Source: Azolla caroliniana
Lineage: Eukaryota > Plantae > Polypodiophyta
Length of the DNA stretch: 28,300 bases
Reading direction: 5' to 3'
Assembly (NCBI GenBank): GCA_043228905.1
Contig: JBHGNT010000399.1
Location: 1 to 28,300 of the forward strand
Of this stretch, positions 1 through 11,000 are shown in pieces (position 1 is the first letter of the stretch; every line of letters starts with the position of its first letter). The notes under the pieces are model-generated. The model was not told where the DNA came from and did not search any database. It worked only from the letters and a program-made list of their open reading frames with translations. Made by a program: the position numbers and the translations under genes.

Positions 1-129
1 AAGCAGTTGGTCCATTGCAGAGAGAGGGGCGCCAGAGAGACCTGTTGGTACTCTTTGGGATGGATGCATTTGCCCTCCATTTACATTAGCCAGAAGTTGA
101 GCAAGCCAGCGTCTAGTCGTTACATCCTC
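1..129 (-). CDS. CNOT9: CNOT9 last visible coding exon ([16 protein letters not shown]...AMDQLL), open to the window edge
   Basis: CAG acceptor at 132-130; conserved ED..TRRWL.QL..NV; no stop before base 1. Confidence 0.92.
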
Positions 130-3100
130 CTGTCACATAAAGCCCATTAAATTAAGTTAATTAAGTTCATGAAGTCAATATCAACTTACCATCAACATAA
201 AAATAACATCTTTGATGATAAAAAGTTATACTCTTAGGCAATTGCTGAAAGTACTGTCTCGTAGCAACTCTGGAAGACAATTTTTTAAAGCCTCACATGC
301 CCTGTAACAAATAAATGTGGCATAAGACTTTCATATATGTCAAAGAATAGTTAGGCATACATGTCTTGTTTAAATAACCTTGGATTATCTGATAGACGAA
401 GATAGCAACGGATGATATGTTTCAACAGCCGAACAGATGGCTGTTCAGCAAGCATTGCAACCATACTTCCTAGGACAGCTCCTACTGCAAAGAACCTCTC
501 AGCTGTGGCACAAATATAAGCTAGTCCAACATCATCTAAAAGTATCTTTTGCACAATAAATGTTGCAACCTGCAAAAGAGATGCCATAACCTCCATTAAT
601 GCAAACAGAAGGAGATAAATATGCAACAAAAAAGTCAGATTGCACTTACTGTTTTTGAGAGTTCACTGCCCATTTCCATAGTGCGAAGACATAAAGGAAT
701 AATCTCAGTGGAGAGAAGAAAATTGATCACATCGGTATCATCAACCTGCCAAATGGACCATCGCAGTGAGTATCTTACTTCCAGCTGTTTTAAAAAACTT
801 TTCCAGACAATGGGAAATCTTTGTTATACCTTAACAAGAGCACCAATAACTCCTAAACTGGTCAGACGAAGATATTCAAAAGGTCTTGTTTTGCTGACAG
901 TATTCAAAAATGGGTAGAGATATAATGGTATGTGTGCTGTCAAAACAAAACAAATATGATAACAATAAGAATTATAAGCACCGTATTTCGGCAGGACGTA
1001 ACACATCAAAATTAAGAAACAACAAAGTATCGTAATCAAGAAACATCACAAATAATGTTATTAGAATCCAGATCAAGCTACCCAGAATCTACATTAAAAA
1101 ATGGCTAACTGCAAATATGTATAAATATTCAGTGTTAAGGTCAAAGGCACTATTGAAGCCCTACAGCAAAATATAAATGAGGTTTTTGCAGTCACATAGG
1201 AGTATGTTTTCATGAATGCGAAACTGAAAACATAATATCAATTATCCAATAACTTTAGATATTGTTTATATGAATCAACAGGAGCCTCAAGTCTGTTGCT
1301 GATTTGCCACATATTTATGTAGGACGTGAAGAATGAGATATGAATAGATGCAGGACCAGTACTGTTTTTTTAGATTTGTTTTTATGGCAACGGTGTCTAG
1401 TGGTGGCAGGATAAGACTCTTTTCATTTCTCTAATGCAGAACTTAAGGGTTGGAATCAGCCACAATCCAAGAATCTAACTGACGCATTACAATTTGCAAA
1501 GAATGCGGACATATAAAAGCACAAAGGCTACCAATTTCGATCATATAAGTTTCAAATTTAGACCAAACTTTCTACTGTTTTTTATTTCAGCAATTACATG
1601 AAGCAATCGACAAAAATGACAATTGTTCTTCCATCAGATGCCAATCATCATGTTTTGTTGCATTCCCTGGGTATGAGCCCAATACATTTGTACATATTTG
1701 CCACAGACTGGTTGAAGTTAAACCATTCACATTGATTGTCATGGTACTGATACCCTCATGACAGGCAAACCTCAGAGTAGGACTGCTTGGAGACCTATCT
1801 CGGTTACTCCTGGAAAACAGCATGTCATAAGGTTTTCCACGATGAGCATATAGATATGAGACTTTTAGATAGTTTCTGTTCCTCAGAGAGCCTTTTTTTG
1901 CCTTAATCATAATACATTTCCCTGAACTCTTCATACATGATCAGGATCATCTCTTGGATTGTGAGATGTGGACTAGAGTGCAATAATCAGGATCATACCC
2001 ATAAAACTTGATTGACGCCGTTACCCACAAGATGCATCACTAAAAAGTGCATTTTCTGAGATTCACGGATGATTCATTTATCATACACCCCAAAAAGCAT
2101 GCTTTATTCCATGTAGTAAATTCAGCACTCAGAGAATTGTATCTGGAGATAGCTTTCCATAATAGATAATATACCGAGGTAAGGGGAGGTTTTCATAGAC
2201 CATAGAGCATTCATGGATGTCAGTAAATGGATGGTAAACAAATGAAATTATCTATTCAGGTACTATTTGGGCATCATCGCAAATAGGATGAATTACCATA
2301 CCAGACATTAAATGTTCTTTATCATGAAATACGCATCATGGTAGAAAGGTTTAAAAAAGCATGCTTTATTCCATGTAGTAAATTCAGCACTCAGAGAATT
2401 GTATCTGGAGATAGCTTTCCATAATAGATAATATACCGAGGTAAGGGGAGGTTTTCATAGACCATAGAGCATTCATGGATGTCAGTAAATGGATGGTAAA
2501 CAAATGAAATTATCTATTCAGGTACTATTTGGGCATCATCGCAAATAGGATGAATTACCATACCAGACATTAAATGTTCTTTATCATGAAATACGCATCA
2601 TGGTAGAAAGGTTTAAAAAAAACTACAGACATGAAATTGCACCTTTAGAACGTAATGTTCTCCACTGAAGGGACATGCGTGAATGAGAATGACTACAAGC
2701 AGTGATAACATGGGGATGTGATCCAATAAAGGCAAGCAGGTATTACCATGCATATTCAATGGTTGTCTGGGGGCTGTCTGGATTGTTCATGAGATGTATC
2801 AGACATATAATATAATATGTACGCTGTAGGTTTATAATCATAATCTTCTAGCTGGCCTTCATTTCGCATACCAAAAGAGCTTTCAGCAATACCATATTTC
2901 AAAAGTTTCTCCTCACATGCCAGCTAGCCCTAGCCTCTCATCATTGGTGGGTGCTGACAATGTCATATAAGACAATGCTAATGTTGCACCCCTGCTTGGA
3001 TTTTGCTATTGTGTTGTTTTTTTCAGATTTCTTCTACTCAACCACTTTTTATCTGAAGGTCTGGAAATTATAACCTTGTCAAAGGCTTTATTAAAGCAAG

Positions 3101-6100
3101 AAAACCAATTCGAAATGCATTTTAAGAGATGTCCCAACTAGCTAGGTGATGGTTACAAACTACCTCCACTTCCTTTATCCATTCTGGTCACGCTACAGTG
3201 TACTCTACATTGCCTTTCTTCACTAAGACTCTATGTTAAGGCATGTTTTAAATTCATGAGATAATACATAAGACAGTTATCATTTATGATTCTTTCAATA
3301 AATTATACTATTTAGTATATAACTGCAAGATTCTGATTTTGCATAAAGCTTCATTCACAATATTTCTAAAACCTGTACTTATGTAGCATATACAACTCAT
3401 TTTATGAAATGTCTGGTTTCCATCAATTTGGATATAAATTGCTAGAAAAGGAAAATGAGTTCTCACCATTTAAAAAAAAAGCTCTTGTTTCTGAATGTGA
3501 TGCTACACACTGGAAAGAAAACATGTGCATGTTCAGAACACAAGCAATAAAGAGATATTTAAAAGAAAAGAAAAATTATATTCAACCTGCAAAAGGGCTA
3601 AAGCATTGCAAACACGATTTGATGCACCTGCAGTTAAAGTTGGTGGTGACAGCATTGGATAGATAGACACTATTTCCTGCAAATGATGTTCAATAAGATG
3701 GTGGTTCTGCAGAATAAATTGATAGAATGTGGCAAAAAATTGCATATGATGAGAGATAACAGCAGATATAATTTAATTATTTGAATGTCCTATAATTCTC
3801 ACAGCTTATTACACAGAATCCACACTACAGTAAAAATGACAAAAGGTAAGGCCGCAAACTGAGCAATATATAAATACCCTGCACATGATGTATACACATG
3901 TGTATATTATTTATTACAACCAGACTTGGTTCCAATATAAAAGCCAAGAATATGCCGAATCATCAATTACCACATCTTGCTTGGAATGTTGGATGTAATC
4001 TACAAAAGAATCAGAAGAGTAAAATTCTTTCATCCGGTTGGGTTGTTGACATAAGAAAATGGTTCAAAAGATGGGGTGTGGATGAACTTTTCGAGCTTTT
4101 GGGTGATGCTATGCATTATGTAATGATTGAGGAAAGGTTGGTGGAATCAGTAAGGATGAAATGGGAAGATGCTAAGAGGACAAAGCTAGAATATTACATT
4201 GCAAATGTCAACCCTGAATGTTGGTCTCAATAACGCAAGAATGCCTATTGATTGTATCCAACCTTATCTCATTACAAATATGAGTAGTAATGCTCGTAGA
4301 GCCCTCACAATAATTCGCACTCAATCTCACAAGTTAGGTATTGAAGTTACATCATGGTATCAAAATGTAACGAATTTAAGGGCATGTAAAGTATGCAATG
4401 AAGGCATGGTAGAGGATGAATGTCACTTGCTCTTCACATGCTTGGCATATAGTGCAATTCATTCAAGATATGATGACATTAAGAGGGAGTGACAACATAA
4501 GTGCCATACTTAAGACACCACCTAGAAGGTTCAATTCATATGTGCATGCCTTATTCATGCATAGAGACATTGTGCTTCAATGTATGAATACCCCTTTTTG
4601 GGAAGGAGACACATATCAAGAACACATGTATACTCTGGTCCCATAGGTCAAAATTGGCCTCTTTATGGACGATAAAAATTCTAATTCTAACAACATCTAA
4701 ATGTCTATTTATGCAGTGACATATGGTAATGCTGATTCACATCTATAAATGCATAAGACAAAACCAATGTGACATTTGGACCAAGAGTAAGCAATTGTTT
4801 ACACCACTATGTCAAGTTGGTCCAACAAAATGTCAAAAGTCCAAACAATTTAAAGAAAACAACAAAAATGCAAGGAATCCCTGATGTGATTATTAGAAGA
4901 CGAAAGACAAGACTTCATCCTCAATCATACTTCACTACTGGACACATTATGAGGTGGAGCTCTAGATTGCTTATATAACAATGAGCTCTATTTGAGAGAT
5001 TGATGAGAAATCATGAGTTGCCAGTACAGAAAGGACACGGAGAGAATGATTTTCTTGGGGAAAATCATGTTTAGAAAAGTGTTGCTTTTCGAAGATTCTG
5101 AAATTAAAATTTGGAAAAACTAAATATATTAACTGAAATTATATGTGTAGAAGAAAAACTAAATATATTAACTGAAATTTGGAAATACCACTTTCCCATT
5201 GCATTAAACCACCGTTCAGTTCTCCAGATGTGAAACAGCCATTTCCTGCTTGTATGGCACACCCAAACTTTTTTCTACGATTTGGCTAGTGGAAATCAGA
5301 ACTACTTCAACAGATTTGCATGTTCTGCTATGTCAAATATGACACATGTCTGCTACCATAGTGCAAATAAATGAAAAAAATACACGTGTCTTTTTCAGAT
5401 TTCTTGTCAAATGATCACTTCATTCTAGATCTTTCTGCAAGAGTTTAATAGTGAGGCCAATTCCATCCTCAATCTATATCATCACCATTCATTGTACATG
5501 TAATATCATAATTTTGAGTGGTGATAATGATTTTGAAGGATTACATCATGCATATGCTCTATGCACAGACTAAAAAACAAGTAAAGGTCAGTTGTATCAT
5601 CAATTCCATTTTCTAAAAAATAAGGTTTAGAGCCCTGTTTTTATTTGTATTCATAAAAAGAAAAACATTAGTAAATTTTCAGCTCCATGTGTTTTTGTTG
5701 ATAGTATCTTTTATTTTTATCTTAACTTGAGAATAATATATTTATCAAAATGGTAGTTTAAAACAGAAAGGTGAAATCTATAAGAAAACCAGGTACATCT
5801 CTAGCAAGCAATTCATATAGAATATAAATGTTCCTTAAGGAATATAATAAAAAGGACAAAGATTGAATGAAAGCAATAAGAAAAGATCAAAACATAGCTA
5901 CATTACCTGTAATAGCGCAGCAATTGTTCCACATGAATGCCATAGCATTGGTGCTAGATCTTGAAAAAGCTCCCGTTTCTGCGTAAAAGCACTTGCTACA
6001 GCAATCAGTGCAAATTGTCACCATACCTCTCCCTCGCATGTTGTATTGTGGCTATACTATAGTAGCAAGCAATGTTTTATTGGGTTCACTTTTTCACTAA

Positions 6101-6531
6101 TTTACTAGACGACCTTGTGATATGCCTGGCTTAAAATCTCATTAATTTACAAGATGACCGTGTAATATACCTGTGGCCAAATCTCACTATTTCCACAAAT
6201 TTAATAGATAAAATTGCACTATACCTGGGTCAAATCTCAATTCTTTCACCAATTCACTAGATGATCTAGAGATATACTTGGGTTCAAATCTCAATGATTT
6301 CACTAATGTATAGATGCCCTTGAGAAATGTATGGGTTGGGTTCATGACCCTATGGGATTTGCTGGAACATCTTAACGACTAAGCTACATCGTCCTGGCAC
6401 GGCCTCTCTCTCTCTCTCTCTCCAATTCGAAACACAAAAACCATACTACTAACCTTGGAGAGATCAAGAAGAGCATTTTCCCGCTGTTCAGGTATGATGA
6501 GCTCCAAGACGAGCTGCTCTGCAGTCGCCAT
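1..6531 (-). CDS. CNOT9: CCR4-NOT transcription complex subunit 9 (RCD1/CAF40), 9 coding exons, 3' end runs off the window
   Basis: Spliced exons 6531-6454, 5978-5907, 3676-3587, 3509-3467, 936-830, 745-650, 569-379, 301-232 and 129-<1 join in phase at GT-AG introns. The product (about 292 aa visible) reads [57 protein letters not shown]...[39 protein letters not shown]...[19 protein letters not shown]..., the hallmark Rcd1 sequence. Confidence 0.97.
232..301 (-). CDS. CNOT9: CNOT9 coding exon 8 ([23 protein letters not shown])
   Basis: 70 nt, completes the split Arg codon, AGA|GTATAA donor. Confidence 0.94.
379..569 (-). CDS. CNOT9: CNOT9 coding exon 7 ([13 protein letters not shown]...[14 protein letters not shown])
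   Basis: 191 nt, AG/GT bounded; lies within ORF 351..629. Confidence 0.96.
650..745 (-). CDS. CNOT9: CNOT9 coding exon 6 ([32 protein letters not shown])
   Basis: 96 nt, CAG acceptor, GTAAGT donor. Confidence 0.96.
830..936 (-). CDS. CNOT9: CNOT9 coding exon 5 ([36 protein letters not shown])
   Basis: 107 nt, AG/GT bounded; lies within ORF 824..1039. Confidence 0.96.
2092..2620. repeat. 262-bp tandem duplication in CNOT9 intron 4
   Basis: GCATGCTTTATTCC at 2097 and 2359, GGTAGAAAGG at 2340 and 2602; copies appear identical; A-runs at the junctions. Confidence 0.95.
3467..3509 (-). CDS. CNOT9: CNOT9 coding exon 4 ([14 protein letters not shown]+G)
   Basis: TTTCCAG acceptor, G|GTGAG donor, 43 nt, phase 1 matches the next exon. 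Confidence 0.94.
3587..3676 (-). CDS. CNOT9: CNOT9 coding exon 3 ([30 protein letters not shown])
   Basis: 90 nt, AG/GT bounded; lies within ORF 3533..3745. Confidence 0.96.
3890..4690 (+). mobile_element. 5'-truncated non-LTR retrotransposon 3' end (RTEX/L2-like, family A), antisense in CNOT9 intron 2
   Basis: ORF 4199..4492 has [11 protein letters not shown]...[19 protein letters not shown] (LINE C-terminal CCHC region); homologous to 24700-25590; ends in a stem-loop and an (ATTCTA)2 tail. 5' boundary approximate. Confidence 0.85.
5907..5978 (-). CDS. CNOT9: CNOT9 coding exon 2 ([24 protein letters not shown])
   Basis: CAG acceptor, CAG|GTAATG donor, 72 nt; missed by the ORF track. Confidence 0.95.
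6088..6325. repeat. Degenerate minisatellite, about 5 copies of a 45-56 bp unit, in CNOT9 intron 1
   Basis: Recurring TTTCACTAATTTACTAGATGACC..TGATATACCTGGG..CAAATCTCA-like units; AAATCTCA occurs four times. Confidence 0.7.
6404..6422. repeat. (CT)9 microsatellite
   Basis: Read directly. Confidence 0.9.
6454..6531 (-). CDS. CNOT9: CNOT9 coding exon 1 ([26 protein letters not shown])
   Basis: ATG at 6531-6529 with an in-frame TAG upstream; donor AAG|GTTAGT at 6453; 78 nt. Confidence 0.9.
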
Positions 6532-6743
6532 CTCCTTCTGTCTTCGCTTTTTCTGGGATGGAGGTAAAGAGGAGGGACCGTGAGGAAGGCGAAGGGAGTA
6601 GAAGAAGAAGAAGATGAAGAAGAAAGGAATGCCATTCTAAGGCCAGATTTCCGTTTCACACCTTTTGTCCGCCCGGACGGACGCTCCTTCGAATAGCTCC
6701 CCTCGGAGGAGACACAGGATTATATCTGATGCCAATTTTTTGT

Positions 6744-6885
6744 AACGGTTCGGTTTAAACGGTTTCGGTTTAAAACTGGTTTCGTGGTTCGGTTCAGTTC
6801 AGTGCAGTTCGAGTTTCAAAATTTTTAAATGGTTCGGATTTAAACTGGTTTGATTTTGACACTCCCAAACCATTGCCGGTTGTTA
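6744..6885. repeat. CGGTT/GGTTC-rich segment upstream of CNOT9, probable DNA-transposon remnant
   Basis: Dense CGGTT(T/C) and CAGTT motifs; shares AACTGGTTTGA and TTTAAACGGTTT with 16770-17030. No TIR or TSD found. Confidence 0.5.
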
Positions 6886-7386
6886 GTTCTATTGATATTT
6901 GCTTGCCATATCAGAGGAATGAATACACATGCGGGTTTGCTTCTTTTATCAAGATGCCACTCCGATTCACCATCATCCTCATTATAAAAATAAAAATAAA
7001 CGCATGCTTTCCCCACCCCCATCCATGTTGTATTGTGTCTCCTCTCATTTGCCTCCTCTCGAGCTTTCTATTGTTCATCAAACCCAGATTGTGTTCCTCT
7101 TTGGCCTGTTGGCTTGGTGGTTTACATTGTAGCATTGAAATCGTAAAAATTGAAAGAGCTGAATTTCAATCCTTGCCATGGGTTGGGCCCTATCTCATAA
7201 ACCGTACCATGTCTCCTACACAATGTTTACAAGAGTTTCTCCCATGTTGAATTGATGGTAAATTTGATGTTGTGTTTCCTCTCATTTGTAGTTTTTCAAA
7301 AAGGGGAGCCTTCGACTCCAAGCAACCCCCGACTCAAAGGCTCGAGCCCGAAACTCCGTCCAACCTCTACGGTCCTCCATGCTACA

Positions 7387-7877
7387 TGTAAAGAATCGAT
7401 GGTGATTCTTGTGCAACGGAATAGATGTGTGTTATGTGTGTATATGTGTGAGAGAAAAGGAGAGGAGAGAAAAGGGAACACAAGATAGATAAATGAGAGG
7501 AAAATAGAATACTCAAGAAGAAGGTGTATATTTCACAAGTAGAATAAGATTTACAAAATGTAGCATAACAAGGAGTCACAACCGACTTAGTATGAAGTAG
7601 GAGAAGGGTGCTTTATATATAGTCACCCTCTCTCTTCAGTAACTAACTACAACAACCACTCTCTCTTGGGGAATGTGAAGACTCATAGTCATGGGGAATA
7701 TGTAACTCATTAGTTATATTCTATGACACATAGTTAATGTGTAGAGAGTAGTGGTGTGACTCTTGACCTTTGGGTAATCATAGATTCTCAAAAGGTGTGT
7801 TCACTAAACCCTAAACCCTAAACCCTAAACCCTAAACCCTAAACCTTGTTGCACTATGTTGAGCTTGATTCTCAACA
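7387..7877 (-). repeat. Copia 3' LTR (491 bp)
   Basis: Matches 12357-12821 with about 12 substitutions, a 15-bp deletion and a telomeric insertion. Confidence 0.96.
7804..7845 (-). repeat. Interstitial plant telomere tract, (TTTAGGG) x6
   Basis: (CTAAACC)6 on the + strand; absent from the sister LTR. Confidence 0.95.
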
Positions 7878-7889
7878 CGCCCCCTCAAG
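7878..7889 (-). other. Polypurine tract of the copia element
   Basis: Minus strand CTTGAGGGGGCG directly precedes the TG of the 3' LTR. Confidence 0.88.
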
Positions 7890-8007
7890 TTCAACTCGGG
7901 TCGGTTCCTTTCAATTGATTTCCCCTTCGGTTGGTATCCGGTTTGGACGATCTCCGGTATCTGCTTCAGCTCGTACCCGGTTCAGACGGTATCTGGTTCT
8001 CGCTTGT

Positions 8008-11000
8008 ACTCCCCCTCAAGCTTGGCAAGTCAGGGATTGTCAATCCAAGGTCTGGCATGAATTGCCGAAGCTTGTTGGCTCCTAGGGCCTTGGGAAGATG
8101 TCGGTTGTCTGAAGATTCGTGTTGATGTGTAGAAGATTGACATCTTCGGCCTGAACACGCTCTCGAATGAAGTGGTAGTGCACTTCAATATGGTTTGTGC
8201 GTGCGTGGAATAATGGGTTCCGAGCCAGATATATATTGCTCATGTTGTCGCAGTAAATGGGTGTCGGATCCTTGATGGGAACGCCCAGATCCTTCAAAAT
8301 CCTCTTGAACCATACGACTTCACATGCAGCTACGACGATGCCCCTGTATTCGGCCTCCGTACTCGAAAGTGCGACGGTAGGCTGCTTCTTACTACTCCAA
8401 GATATTGCTCCGCTACCGAGCGAGAAGACAAATCCGGAGGTCGATCGTTGATCAACTCTGTAGTCGGCCCAATTGGCATCCGTGTACCCTTCGAGTCGAA
8501 TTGGTGTGGCTGATGTGTAGAGGATGTCGTAGTCCATTGTGCCACTCGCGTATCGTAATGCTCGTTTAGCACAATCGAAATGGATATCGCGCGAAGTGTG
8601 CATGAATTGGCTAATGAGGCCGACCGGATAGTTGAGGTCGGGTCGAGTGATCGTGAGATAGATGAGGCTCCCGATCAATTGTCGATATTGAGTTGGCTCG
8701 CACTCGCCTGTGCTGGAGTCGACATCTAGGTTGAGGTTTCGATCGAGAGGGGCTGCCACAGATTTGCACTCAGCCGTCCCGAACTTGTATAATAAGTTGA
8801 GAATGTAGTGTCGTTGAGAGTTCATAATGCTGGTTGGAATACGAATTACTTCGATGCCTAGGAAGTAATGAAGTTCCTTCATGTCCGTCATCTCGAATTT
8901 GTTGGAGAGGAGGGACTTCACCTTGTTGATGTCGACTAAATGCTCACCTCCAATCACCAGATCATCCATGTATAGGATGATGACAATCGAGCTTCTAGAG
9001 TTGTTTCGTACGTAGAGGGAGTTGTCAGATTTTGACATTCAAAAGCCGATTTGATGAAGATATTGCGTAATCTTGGAATGCCAAGCACGCAGTGCTTGCT
9101 TGAGGCAATGGAGTGGCTTCTTGAGTTGGCATACGACTTTCGGATGAATGTTGGATTCGAAGCCGGGTGGTTGTACCATGTACACCTCCTCTTCTAATTC
9201 TCCTTGAAGAAAGGCGTTCTTTACGTCCATCTGATGGAGGTGCCACCCTTTCGCCGATGCGAGTGGAATTACGGTCCAGATAGTCGTTATCTTTGCCCCC
9301 GAGGCAAATGTTTCTTCATAGACGACTCCATGGAGCTTTGTAGCGGTTTACAGAGCCGTCAGCATTATACTTCACCTTGTAGATCTTGTGCGGTGAGTGG
9401 GGAACGGAATCCCATGTTTTGTTCTTGCAAAGTGCCTGTATCTCCTTGTTCATTGCTTCGACCCATCACGGGTCCTTCACGGCTTTGGAAAAGGTTTCTA
9501 GCTCCCGTACTATTGCTACCTTCATCATAAAGGCGTAATGGTACACTATATAATCATTGTAGCCGAATCGGCTTACGGGGTTCTTTTCACAGGTGGATCA
9601 GCGGAGCTTCTCGTTTGTGGATACTAAGGGTTTCTTCACTCCATTTGTCCGGATGTCAAGGCCTTCGAACTCACTATCGAGAGAGTGAGTCGATTCTTTG
9701 CCGTCGAAGTGATCGTCTTCATACTTCGGCATTTTCGCCTTCCCTTTGTCTAGCTTCAGACTCAGCCGAGATGTGCTTTGACCACTCGGGGCACTTGTGG
9801 CCCACTAAGCCTTGTCGTAATTGGGCTTTCTTCGAACATGCGTGTGAGCCGATCTTCAGCTTCTATCTCTATTTCGGCGGATTCCAGGTCGAGCGGAATC
9901 AAAGTTGAAGTTGTCTCTGGTGCTACCAAGATGCGGACTCGTCGAAAATGACGTCTCGACTTACTTGAGATTTTCGAGTTGAGGGGTTATATCACTTGTA
10001 CCCCTTTTGCTCCAGTGAGTATCCTACGAGGATACATTTCTCCGACTTCGGGTCAAGCTTTTGGCGCTTCTTGTTGGGGATGTGCACGTATGCAATAGAG
10101 CCAAATATCTAAACATGTGATAGGTTCGGTTTCTTTCCAAAAAACTCCTTGTGCGGAGTAAGTTTGTGCACACCCGATGTCGTACACCGATTCATGAGGT
10201 ATACAACTGTGTTAACCGCTTCTACCCAGTACGACTTTGGCATGTGCTTTTCGTTCATCATGGCCCGTGCTACTTCAAGGATGTGCCGATTCTTTCATTC
10301 GACCACTCCGTTTTGTTGTGGCGTATGTCGACACGAAAACTCTCACTGAATTCCTTCTTTCCGTAGATATGCCATAAACTCATTCAAGAAATATTCCTTG
10401 CCTCCATCTGATCGAAGGCATCGTACATGTCGGCCCGTGGCTTTCTCGACTTCATTCTTAAATTTTTGGAAGTGTCCGAACAGTTCTCTCTTTTGTCGCA
10501 TGGGGTAGATCCAAGTGTGCTTGGAGAAGTCATCGATGAAGGTCACGTAGTATCGGCATCCGCCGAATGTAGTCGTCTGAGTCGGACCCCATACATTGGA
10601 ATGAATTACGTCGAGTACGCCTTTGCTCACGTTCCTCTCCTTAAAAAATGGGTGCCAATGTTGCTTGCCGAATTGGCAAGCGGCACACACACCTTCAATC
10701 TCTTTCTCCTTTAATGTCGGGAGCCCGATGACGATTCCTTTTGATTGCATTGCCTTGAGCTTTTGGAGGTTGTTATGGCCAATCTGCTTGTGCCATAACT
10801 CTATGTCGGAATCGGCTTTCGTGCCCTTTGCGAACATGGCCGATTTCATCTCGTGCAAGTCGAGAATGAACATTCGGCCCTTTCTTTGTCTGTGAGCGAT
10901 GAGTCGGCCTTCTTTTTCGATGAAGCAACCGCCTTGATTAAATCATACTTGCATCCCTTGCTCAACAATTTGGCCGACGGAGACCCAATTCTTCGTAATG

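Noticed and set aside
621-917. Plus-strand ORFs 621..917 and 3409..3666
   Set aside because: Antisense shadows of CNOT9 exons.
1853-1890. Minus-strand CTGAGGA-ACA-GAAAC...AGTC resembling a second hammerhead core
   Set aside because: There is no stem II (only ACA between the boxes) and stem I cannot pair; probably chance.
1587-1934. 115-aa intronic ORF on the minus strand
   Set aside because: No recognisable motif, and CNOT9 exons 4 and 5 join in phase without it.
7382-7579. Duplicated small ORFs MTPCYATFCKSY... (also 12250..12549)
   Set aside because: They are the two copia LTRs, not genes.
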